Assembly: GCA_043750125.1 (NCBI GenBank)
Contig: JAYVCD010000375.1
Span: 1 to 15,583 of the forward strand
Length of the DNA stretch: 15,583 nucleotides
Reading direction: 5' to 3'
Source: Archangiaceae bacterium
GTDB taxonomy: Bacteria > Myxococcota > Myxococcia > Myxococcales > Myxococcaceae
Below are positions 1-7,484 of the stretch, in pieces (within the stretch, counting starts at the first letter, position 1; every line of letters begins with the position of its first letter). The position numbers and the translations under genes are program-made. The notes beneath the pieces were generated by a model that made no database searches, had not been told where the DNA came from, and saw only the letters and a program-made list of their open reading frames with translations.

Positions 1-2
1 TC

Positions 3-455
3 ACGCCCGTCGACTACGTGGCCTCCGCGCTGGTTCAGCTGTCGCGGCAGGACAGCGCGTTCGGCAAGACCTTCCACCTGGTCAACCCGCGACCGGCCAC
101 GGTGCGCTACCTGGTCGAGCACGCCCGCTCGCTGGGCTACCCGCTGAAGACGCTGCCGCTCGAGCAGTTCGAAGCAGAGCTGGCGCGTCGGGTCGAGCAA
201 TCGCCCGAGAACGCGCTCTTCCCGCTGCTGACGATGATGCGCACCGCCAACCCGACCGCGGGCACCCGGCGCGAGAGCTCGGGCATCGCGACCTACGACT
301 GCTCGGCCACGCTGGCCGCGCTCGAAGGAACCGGCATCGCCTGCCCAGAGATCGGCGCCACGGTGCTGGGTCACTACTTCAACGCCTTCACCCGCAGCGG
401 CTTTCTGAGCCTGCCCACCCGCGCCATAGCCGGCGCCCGAGCAATTGCCCGATGA
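3..455 (+). CDS. 5'-truncated CDS: C-terminal end of an NRPS/PKS thioester reductase (R, extended SDR) domain
   Basis: The frame is open from the window edge (3: TPVDYVASALVQLS...GKTFHLVNPRP...). 'TPVDYVA' and 'FHLVNP' are typical of the distal part of NRPS terminal reductase domains. The TGA stop overlaps the next ATG (ATGA, 452-455). The track start at 18 is an internal GTG. Confidence 0.75.
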   Translation, partial: TPVDYVASALVQLSRQDSAFGKTFHLVNPRPATVRYLVEHARSLGYPLKTLPLEQFEAELARRVEQSPENALFPLLTMMRTANPTAGTRRESSGIATYDCSATLAALEGTGIACPEIGATVLGHYFNAFTRSGFLSLPTRAIAGARAIAR

Positions 456-1822
456 CTCAATACGCTCCCAGCCGTTGGATGGTCACCTTCACCACCTTGT
501 GGTTCGGACAGCTGGTCTCCCTGCTCGGGAACAACCTGACGGCCTTTGCGCTGGGAGTCTGGGTCTACAAACGCAACGGCTCAGTGACGCAGTTTGCGTT
601 GATTTCCCTGTTCGTCGTGTTGCCCGGAACGCTGCTGTCTCCGATCGCTGGAGCCTTCGTCGACAAGTACGACCGGCGGTGGATCATGATCCTCGGGGAC
701 GCCGCCGCCGGGCTGAGCATGGGGACTCTGGCCCTGTTGCTCTACGGCGGTCACCTCGAGGTGTGGCACATCTACGTGGCGCTCACGGTCTCGTCGCTGT
801 CGCAGGCGTTTCAGGCTCCGGCGTTCCTCGCCTCGGCCGCGCTGCTCGCTCCGAAACGTCACCTCGGTCGGGTGAGCGGAATGATGCAGCTCAATGAAGG
901 CGTCTCGCAGCTCGTCGCCCCGATGCTCGCGGGCTTGATGATGATGAAGATCGGAATCTGGTCGATTCTCGCGATCGACTTTGGAACGTTCGTCTTCGCC
1001 GTCGCGACCCAGGTGGTGGCGCGGGTCCCGAAGCTGCCCGCGAAGATCGGCCCGGCGGCTCCCAAAGAGAGCCTGCGCGCCCGCACCGCCTTCGGTTGGA
1101 ACTACGTGCGCGCCCGGCCCGGCCTGCTGGCCCTGCTGGTTTTCTTTGCGACCGGAAACATGATCTTCGGCTTCCTCCAAACGCTGCTCACTCCGCTGGT
1201 GCTGAGCTTTGCCGACGCCGCGACGCTGGGAACCGCGCTCTCGGCCGCGGGCCTGGGCTTGCTCGCGGGCAGCCTCATCTCGAGCATCTGGGGCGGGCCG
1301 AAGAAGAAAGTCATCGGAGTGCTCACGCTCACCTTCGTCCAGGGCCTGGTGCTGCTGCTGGCCGGGCTGAAGCCGAACATCTACCTGGTGGCCACCGGCT
1401 GCTTCCTCTTTCTGCTTTGCGACCCGATCGCCTTCACCGCCAATCAGGTGATCTGGCTGAGCAAGGTGGCGCCCGAGGTGCAGGGAAGGGTGCTCGCGAT
1501 CCGCCGAATGGTGGCGCGGTCTTTCCTTCCGCTCGCCTTCGTCCTCGCGGGCCCGCTGGCAGACCGGGTGTTCGAGCCGCTGATGGCCAAAGGCGGAGCA
1601 CTCTCTTCCACCTTCGGGTCCGTGATGGGTGTCGGCCCCGGCCGCGGCATCGGCCTGCTGTTCGCGATCCTCGGAATCACCTTGTTGCTGATGGTGACGG
1701 TCGCCTCGTTCTACGGGCCGCTGCAGCGCATCGAGCGCGAGCTGCCCGACCCTGTGAAGCCCCCCGTCCGTGAACCGATCGCTGAATCAATCGGCCTTGG
1801 CATTCAGGTAGAGAGCCCATGA
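452..1822 (+). CDS. MFS transporter (DHA3/MFS_3, macrolide-efflux-like), NRPS-associated exporter
   Basis: 456 aa with about 12 hydrophobic segments. It has an N-terminal 'LWFGQLVSLLG', MFS motif A-like 'GAFVDKYDRRWIM', 'QGRV' in the C-half and 'GVGPGRGIGLLF', which is common in NRPS-cluster MFS proteins. ATGA overlaps at both ends. Confidence 0.9.
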   Translation: MTQYAPSRWMVTFTTLWFGQLVSLLGNNLTAFALGVWVYKRNGSVTQFALISLFVVLPGTLLSPIAGAFVDKYDRRWIMILGDAAAGLSMGTLALLLYGGHLEVWHIYVALTVSSLSQAFQAPAFLASAALLAPKRHLGRVSGMMQLNEGVSQLVAPMLAGLMMMKIGIWSILAIDFGTFVFAVATQVVARVPKLPAKIGPAAPKESLRARTAFGWNYVRARPGLLALLVFFATGNMIFGFLQTLLTPLVLSFADAATLGTALSAAGLGLLAGSLISSIWGGPKKKVIGVLTLTFVQGLVLLLAGLKPNIYLVATGCFLFLLCDPIAFTANQVIWLSKVAPEVQGRVLAIRRMVARSFLPLAFVLAGPLADRVFEPLMAKGGALSSTFGSVMGVGPGRGIGLLFAILGITLLLMVTVASFYGPLQRIERELPDPVKPPVREPIAESIGLGIQVESP

Positions 1823-4275
1823 AACGCCTCCTCAAAGTTGCTGTCGGAATCGTCGTCGCTGCGCTGCTGTTCGGGGGGGGTGCCTATGTCTACGCTCGGC
1901 GATCTCTGCCCCAGCTGTCGGGCACGGTGACGGTCGCAGGGCTCAGCGCCCCCGTGGAAATCGTGCGAGACGCCAACGCGATTCCGCACATCCTGGCGAC
2001 CAACCGGACCGATGCGCTCTTTGGTCTGGGTTACGTCCATGCGCAAGACCGGCTGTGGCAGATGGAAATGAGCCGGCGCGCAGCTCAAGGCCGGCTGTCG
2101 GAAGTCGTCGGCTCGCCCACCGTTTCCACCGACCGCTACCTGCGCACGGTCGGCCTGGCCCGCGCCGCCAAGACCGCGTGGGAGGCCCTCGACGCAGATG
2201 CGCGGACGGCGGTCGGCGCGTACGTCGCCGGGGTGAACGCCTTCATCGACACCCATGGCCGAAGCGAGCTGTCGACCGAGTTCACGCTGCTGGCGATCGC
2301 TCCCGAGCGGTGGACGGGCCCCGACGTGATTGCGGTCGGCAAGCTGCTCGCGTGGGACATGAACAGCACCTACCTCGACGAGCTGATGCGCAGCGAGTTC
2401 ATCGCCAAAGTCGGAGCGGCCCGCGCCGCCCAGCTGATGCCCGCGTACCCGGACGACGCGCCGACCACGATTGCCGGCGCCCCTGCGGTCGCAAAGCCCG
2501 CGCAACCCTCAGGTCACCCCGAGCTGGGCTTCGTCGCTCCTGCGCTGCGCTCGCTCGATGCGCACGTGCGTGAGCTGCGCGGAGGCGAGGACGGTGCGGC
2601 CCGCGCGATCGGCTCGAACAACTGGGTGGTCGATGGCACCCGGACGACGACCGGCAAGCCGCTGCTCGCCAGCGACCCGCACCTCGAGGCGGTGCTGCCG
2701 GCCTTCTGGTACCTCGCGCAGATCAAGGGAGGCGAGCTCGATGTGATCGGCTCGACCCTGCCCGGAATTCCAGCCGTGCTCATCGGTCGCAATCGCTCGA
2801 TCAGCTGGGGAGTGACCAACGCACAGGCCGATGATCAAGACCTCTTTCGCGAGCGACTGGACGCGGACGGAACCCACGCCGAGTTCGAGGGCGTGATGGA
2901 ACCGATTCAGATTTTCACCGAGACGATCAAGGTGCGCTTTGGAGCCGACGTGCAGCATCGGGTCCGCGTCACCCGCAACGGGCCGATTCTGTCCGACGCG
3001 ATCAACCCCGAAGACCTCGAACGTGAAGAGAATCGGCGCCCCGCCCCGCTCGAGCCGCTGTCGCTGCGTTGGCCCGCACTCAATCGCGAAGACGGCACGC
3101 TGGGCTCGTTCTTGAAGTTGAACCTCGCCTCCGACTGGCCCGGCTTCCAGCAGGCGCTGCGCTCGTATGTCGCTCCGGCGCAGAACTTCATCTACGCCGA
3201 CGTGGCGGGGAACATCGGCTACCTGATGCCGGGCCTTCACCCTCTGCGCGCCGCGAACGGAGATGGCGCGCTGCCTCGCGAGGGCTGGACCCAGAAAGAC
3301 CAGTGGACGGGCTGGATTCCTTTCGAGGGCTTGCCCCAGTCCTACAACCCGCCCGAACACTTCATCGCCACCGCGAACAACCGGCCGGTGCCTTCCAGCT
3401 ACCGCTATTTCCTGGGCGACGTTTGGGAAGCGCCCTACCGGGTGCAGCGAATCATCGAGATGCTGAAGACCGACCGGAAGCTGGGGCCGAAGGACTTCGA
3501 GAAGATGCAAGGAGACACGGTGTCGCTCTTTGCTCGCGACCTGGTGCCCAAGCTGCTCGCGCTCACCACAGCGAAGACTCCGCAGCAGACCCAGGCGCTC
3601 GAGTTGCTGCGCGGGTGGGACTTCGACACCCGGGCCGACAGCGCGGCGGCGGCGATCTTCGAGGCGTGGTTTCAGCAGCTGGTCGACGCGGTGGCCGGCG
3701 ACGAGCTGGGGCCGCGGCTGCTCGATGACTACGACGGAAACTTTCAGGTGGTCAGCCTCTTCCTTTCCCGAACGCTGAGCACCCGGGACGACCCGTGGTG
3801 CGACGACGTGCGCACCGCTGCTTCCGAAGACTGCACCAGCGTCGCGTCGGGAGCGCTGACCCGGGCTTTGGCCAAGCTCGAAGCGAAGATGGGTTCAAAG
3901 CTCGCCACCTGGCAGTGGGGCACCGTCCATCGGCTGGTGCTGGATCACGTGCCGTTTGGAGAAGTGCCGGTTCTCGATGGGATCTACAGCCGGCCGATTC
4001 ACAACGGCGGGGACTGGAGCACAGTGAATCTCGGGACCTTTCACATGCAGCGCAGCTTTCGGCAGCGCATCATTCCCAGCTACCGGCAGGTAGCGGATCT
4101 CTCGAGCTCGAGCGGCGGCTCGTTCATCGTCGCCGGAGGACAGTCGGGACATGTGCTCTCGCCCCACTACGACGACGGGTTGGCCACCTGGCAGGCGCAC
4201 GGCTACCTGCCGATGCAGATGGATCGCGCCCAGGTCGAGCAGGGCAGGGTGGACACGCTGCGCCTGCAGCCCTGA
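1819..4275 (+). CDS. Penicillin acylase family protein (Ntn hydrolase, peptidase S45; penicillin G acylase/AHL acylase/PvdQ-like)
   Basis: 818 aa with an N-terminal hydrophobic anchor/signal. Alpha-chain motifs 'IVRDANAIPHI' and 'GLGYVHAQDRLWQME'. Autocatalytic nucleophile 'GSNNW' (Ser codon 2614-2616), then 'LLASDPHL', 'QNFIYAD..GNIG', 'IATANN' and 'GGQSGHVLSPHYDD'. Confidence 0.93.
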   Translation: MKRLLKVAVGIVVAALLFGGGAYVYARRSLPQLSGTVTVAGLSAPVEIVRDANAIPHILATNRTDALFGLGYVHAQDRLWQMEMSRRAAQGRLSEVVGSPTVSTDRYLRTVGLARAAKTAWEALDADARTAVGAYVAGVNAFIDTHGRSELSTEFTLLAIAPERWTGPDVIAVGKLLAWDMNSTYLDELMRSEFIAKVGAARAAQLMPAYPDDAPTTIAGAPAVAKPAQPSGHPELGFVAPALRSLDAHVRELRGGEDGAARAIGSNNWVVDGTRTTTGKPLLASDPHLEAVLPAFWYLAQIKGGELDVIGSTLPGIPAVLIGRNRSISWGVTNAQADDQDLFRERLDADGTHAEFEGVMEPIQIFTETIKVRFGADVQHRVRVTRNGPILSDAINPEDLEREENRRPAPLEPLSLRWPALNREDGTLGSFLKLNLASDWPGFQQALRSYVAPAQNFIYADVAGNIGYLMPGLHPLRAANGDGALPREGWTQKDQWTGWIPFEGLPQSYNPPEHFIATANNRPVPSSYRYFLGDVWEAPYRVQRIIEMLKTDRKLGPKDFEKMQGDTVSLFARDLVPKLLALTTAKTPQQTQALELLRGWDFDTRADSAAAAIFEAWFQQLVDAVAGDELGPRLLDDYDGNFQVVSLFLSRTLSTRDDPWCDDVRTAASEDCTSVASGALTRALAKLEAKMGSKLATWQWGTVHRLVLDHVPFGEVPVLDGIYSRPIHNGGDWSTVNLGTFHMQRSFRQRIIPSYRQVADLSSSSGGSFIVAGGQSGHVLSPHYDDGLATWQAHGYLPMQMDRAQVEQGRVDTLRLQP

Positions 4276-4284
4276 GCTGACGAC

Positions 4285-4629
4285 TTACGGCTGAGGCGTT
4301 CGGACCCTGGCCAGATACGCGGCCAGGGCTTCGAGGTCGCGGTCGCTGATTTCGGTCTTGCGGAAGAAGGGCATGATTGAAACGCCCTTGCGGACTGCGT
4401 TCCTCGTCATCGGGGGCGCCAGGTCGGTGCGCTCATCGAGCACCGCCGGCAGCTTGCCCTCGTACCGGACCTTGAGCGCCTGAGTCCCCGGCTGGCCGTT
4501 TCCCGCCGCGTGGCAGGCGATGCACCAGGTCTCGTACACGACCTTGCCTCGCTTCGCCTCGGCCTCGTCGCCCCAGGCCTGACTGGCAAAGGCGAACGCC
4601 ACGACTGCGGCCTTGATCGCGCGGCTCAC
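4285..4629 (-). CDS. Monoheme cytochrome c, PchC-like (p-cresol methylhydroxylase-type cytochrome subunit)
   Basis: 114 aa with a Sec-type signal (MSRAIKAAVVAFAFASQAWG), heme motif CIACH and a distal Met in 'VSIMPFFRKTEISD'. The GTG start overlaps the flavoprotein TGA (GTGA, 4626-4629). Confidence 0.85.
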   Translation of the reverse strand: MSRAIKAAVVAFAFASQAWGDEAEAKRGKVVYETWCIACHAAGNGQPGTQALKVRYEGKLPAVLDERTDLAPPMTRNAVRKGVSIMPFFRKTEISDRDLEALAAYLARVRTPQP

Positions 4630-6251
4630 TTCGTACCCCGCATGTGGCGGGGCCAGATGCCGTAGCGGCCCGCGGCGAGGATCCCGTTCGGGTCCACCGC
4701 GTCCTTCAACGTCTCGTGAAAGCGGCGCAGCGCGTGGTTGTTGAACGAGTAGGTGGCCATCACATCATCCTGAAAGGCCGGAGCGGCCCGGTACTCCGTC
4801 CACCCGTGCTCGGCGAACAACTTGATCGCCCGCCGAATCTTCTCGCGGTTCGCTCGGTTTACTTTCGGATCTGCCTCGACGTGAATTCCGAAGAGGAAGA
4901 CGAAGCTTCGCCTGAAGGACGGGAACGGAAGGGTGGCAGGGCCGATGTGCAGGTCGAGGCCCACCTCGCGCGCTACGTCGGCGAAGACGGTCTGGCACTT
5001 CAGCAGCTCCGCTCCGGTTCGCGGCACCACAGGCGAGAGCCACACATGGCCGCGGCTTCCTTCCTTGTTGTAGGCAGAGCGCGCCCCGTATTCGAACGCC
5101 GCGAGGCTGGGGATGCCGAAGGAGGCCAGAGAGTCTGCCTTCGCCTGCTGCGCCGGCGTCAGCGGCAGCGTGGTTTTGAAGTCTTCTTTGAACTTCACCC
5201 CTTCAATCACCGAGAGCTTCTCTTTCGCGTGCTCCCACTGGGCGGCGATCACCTTCGCAGGGCCGTAGAACTCGAGGTTGCAGCCCCAATAGGGTTGCTT
5301 GTTTCTCGCGGCGAAGCCCTCGAGCTCGGCGATCGTCGCGCCGCCCGCCTTGCCTACCAGCGCCTTCAGCTCGGGGTTGCGCTCGACGCTGAACTCACCG
5401 GCAAAGGCAGGACAGGTCAGCTCGACCCAGCCGTTGAAGATGCCGGCGTTTTCCAGGTAGTTGATGATGTCGACGAACTGGGGAAGGTCGCTGCGTTTGG
5501 GCACCGTGACCTTGTCCATCCGGTACGCCTCGGGCATCGGGTTGAGCCAAAACCCCATCTTGGTGACGACGCCGAAGTTCGACTGGGCGAAGAGGCCGTC
5601 GACATAGGGGCCAAACCCGTAGCGGTATTCCTGCCAGGTCGTGGCGTTGGGGACGGCGCCCATGCCGGTGCGCACCAGCTCGCCATTGGGAAGAACGACT
5701 TCCATCCCACAGTGGGATGCGAAGTGGTCTCGCATTTCCGGGGTGGTCCAGCCCACGCCATGCTCGAGCGAATTTCCGACGAGGCTGCCCCAGCCCGTGT
5801 CGGGGACATCGAGCATCACTTTGAGGCCCCGTTCCTGAATGTAGCGGTAGAGCTCGAAGTACGAGACGCCCGGCTCGACCAGCGCCCAGTGATTCTTCTC
5901 GTTGACCTCGATGATCTTGTTCATTCGCTTCAGGTCGAGCACCACGCTGCCGCTGAAGTTGGGCGCCGAGCCTCCGTAGCCCAGGTTCTTGCCGGTCGAG
6001 ATCGGGTAGATGGGCAGCTTGAAGGCGTTGGCGATCTTCATGATCGCCTGCACCTGGGCAGTCGTCTCGGGCGCCACCGCCGCCGAGGCCATGATCTCTT
6101 CGGGCTCGCCCATGAAGACCGAGTACGCGTCGCGGTACAGGCCCACGTCTTCGTCGGAAGTGAAGACCCATTGATCGCCGACCACCGCCTTGAGCTGGGC
6201 GATTGCCTTTGCGAACTGTTCTGGTTTGAGGCCTTTGGGCAGCGTTGGCAT
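4626..6251 (-). CDS. FAD-binding oxidoreductase, VAO/PCMH family (4-alkylphenol oxidase/dehydrogenase; PchF/eugenol oxidase/vanillyl-alcohol oxidase-like)
   Basis: 541 aa. Motifs 'PISTGKNLGYGG', 'VEPGVSYFELY', 'GSLVGNSLEHGVG', 'CGMEVVLPNGELVRTGMG', 'QSNFGVVTKMGFWL', 'EYR' and 'LKDAVDPNGILAAGRYGIWP' match the VAO/PCMH signature set. No signal peptide. AGGA upstream of the ATG on the - strand. Confidence 0.92.
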   Translation of the reverse strand: MPTLPKGLKPEQFAKAIAQLKAVVGDQWVFTSDEDVGLYRDAYSVFMGEPEEIMASAAVAPETTAQVQAIMKIANAFKLPIYPISTGKNLGYGGSAPNFSGSVVLDLKRMNKIIEVNEKNHWALVEPGVSYFELYRYIQERGLKVMLDVPDTGWGSLVGNSLEHGVGWTTPEMRDHFASHCGMEVVLPNGELVRTGMGAVPNATTWQEYRYGFGPYVDGLFAQSNFGVVTKMGFWLNPMPEAYRMDKVTVPKRSDLPQFVDIINYLENAGIFNGWVELTCPAFAGEFSVERNPELKALVGKAGGATIAELEGFAARNKQPYWGCNLEFYGPAKVIAAQWEHAKEKLSVIEGVKFKEDFKTTLPLTPAQQAKADSLASFGIPSLAAFEYGARSAYNKEGSRGHVWLSPVVPRTGAELLKCQTVFADVAREVGLDLHIGPATLPFPSFRRSFVFLFGIHVEADPKVNRANREKIRRAIKLFAEHGWTEYRAAPAFQDDVMATYSFNNHALRRFHETLKDAVDPNGILAAGRYGIWPRHMRGTK

Positions 6252-6269
6252 GAGGAATGTCCTGTTTAG

Positions 6270-6713
6270 TTAGGTGCGGGGCGCGAGAACCCACGACGAC
6301 AATGAAGTGTCTGTTCTGTGCCCGTCAGCGAACGGCATCGGCACCCCCGCAGATCCCCACCGGGCCAACAGGTCCGAGCTGGGCGGTCCGTGGAAGACCA
6401 AGCGCATTCCGCGGTCGCGGGCCAACATCTCGAGGCAGAACAAGGCGCTGTGGGCGGTGAGCCCGGCGATTGTCATCGGGCGGTGGCGCCAGCGGGGCTC
6501 GAGCTGATGGAACCAGAGGTCGGTCACGTCGCCTCGAATCGCGTGGGCGCGCAGGCCGCGGTCGCGGGCATCGCGCGCGAGGGCCTGACCGGAAATTGCG
6601 CGTTCGTCGAACACCACCGCTTCAGGCCGCCGACCCGCTGCACAGACAGGCACGGCACCGAGGGCGGAGAGCGAGACTCCCAGTTGGATGAAATCTCTGC
6701 GGCTGTGGGTCAC
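6270..6713 (-). CDS. Tat-signal hypothetical protein, probably PchX-like accessory of the flavocytochrome
   Basis: Start re-assigned to GTG 6713 (147 aa), which puts 'SRRDFIQLG' plus a hydrophobic stretch at the N-terminus as a Tat signal. The GTG overlaps a TGA at 6710-6712. The core 'GDVTDLWFHQLEPRW...IAGLTAHSALFCLEMLA...GMRLVF' resembles proteins found next to PCMH-type genes (from memory, not verified). Confidence 0.65.
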   Translation of the reverse strand: MTHSRRDFIQLGVSLSALGAVPVCAAGRRPEAVVFDERAISGQALARDARDRGLRAHAIRGDVTDLWFHQLEPRWRHRPMTIAGLTAHSALFCLEMLARDRGMRLVFHGPPSSDLLARWGSAGVPMPFADGHRTDTSLSSWVLAPRT

Positions 6714-7332
6714 AGCTTCAGCTCTTCCTTCCACATGTTGTTGGTCGTCTCGTACCGCTCGACCGCCATGTGCTCTTCGATCGGAGCGAGGTTCCCGTGA
6801 AAGTGCATCTGCTCGGACGAAGGGGGATCATCGAGACCCGTTTGATTCCATACACCTGGTGGAAGAGAACGTGACGATGATCGCCGTCGAAGTGCAGGTG
6901 CGCGTAGTTGTCTTTGTTTCCGATGAACATCAATGAGACGGTGTCGCTCTCGCAGTACGCGGGCGGAGCGATCAGGTCGAGCACCGGCGCCGGCGTGATC
7001 CCCTCGATGCACATTTTGAGAGTCTTCGGGTCGCGGCGGGTGAGCGCGACGTACTCGGCGAACGAGCAGGTCGTGGCGGTGCTGCGAACCTGGCTGCTCA
7101 GCCCGCGTCCGTTGCCGCCGGACTTGGCGAGGAACGCGGTGTAGTTGTCCTTCACCGTGATCGACAGCGACCCCATCGCCGCCAGCGCCTTGTCTTCGGT
7201 ATCGACCGACCGCATCGCCTGGCCGTCGAACAGCCCGTTGAGGATCACCGGCCGGTGCTTTTCGAGGTAATCACGCCGGAACACTTCCGGACTGGGAGGG
7301 GCAATTCGTTCAACGTTGTCGAGCACGCGCAT
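6710..7332 (-). pseudogene. JmjC/cupin_8 Fe(II)/2-oxoglutarate oxygenase gene, frameshifted or truncated near 6822-6826
   Basis: ATG at 7332 has a GGAGA RBS. The translation reads 'VERIAPPSPEVFRRDYLEKHRPVIL' ... 'LMFIG...AHLHFD...VLFHQVYGIKRV', which is a cupin_8/JmjC pattern with HxD. After 'SMIP' the original frame (stop 6718) loses GC3 bias, while another frame (stop 6710) looks coding. The distal 'PG...P..WWH' His segment is absent in both frames. Confidence 0.65.
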
Positions 7333-7484
7333 GGGGTCTCCGAGACTTTGCCGGCCCCTCATCCCCCAGCCGCGAAATCACCGTCAATTGGGACAACACA
7401 CACCACCCTGAGACAAAGATCCCAGGTGGACCCCCGGGCAACGCGGTGCGAATTCTGTCGCCCCGCAATTCCCAGGAGCAGCGC
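7333..7484. promoter_or_regulatory. Divergent intergenic region between the JmjC gene and the NRPS, expected to hold both promoters
   Basis: This is the only non-coding stretch over 20 bp in the window. It carries an AGGAG RBS at 7474-7478 (+) and a GGAGA RBS next to 7332 (-). No convincing sigma-factor consensus was identified. Confidence 0.45.

Noticed and set aside
4644..6269. 541-aa + strand ORF antisense to the flavoprotein
   Set aside because: It is a shadow ORF produced by high-GC codon bias. It has no recognisable motifs, while the - strand carries the full VAO/PCMH signature.
4276..6826. Mobile element or target-site duplication bounding the flavocytochrome cassette (gctgacgac versus gctcggacga)
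   Set aside because: The similarity is short and imperfect. There is no transposase, integrase or terminal inverted repeat, and no 3' JmjC remnant at the left boundary.
6822..6826. Programmed frameshift or phase-variable homopolymer
   Set aside because: A 5-nt run is short for phase variation, there is no canonical slippery heptamer, and the rejoined protein would still lack the distal JmjC His segment.
7435..7450. GG-N10-GC spacing upstream of the NRPS resembling a sigma54 promoter
   Set aside because: Flanking bases match TGGCAC/TTGC poorly, and this spacing is expected by chance in GC-rich DNA.
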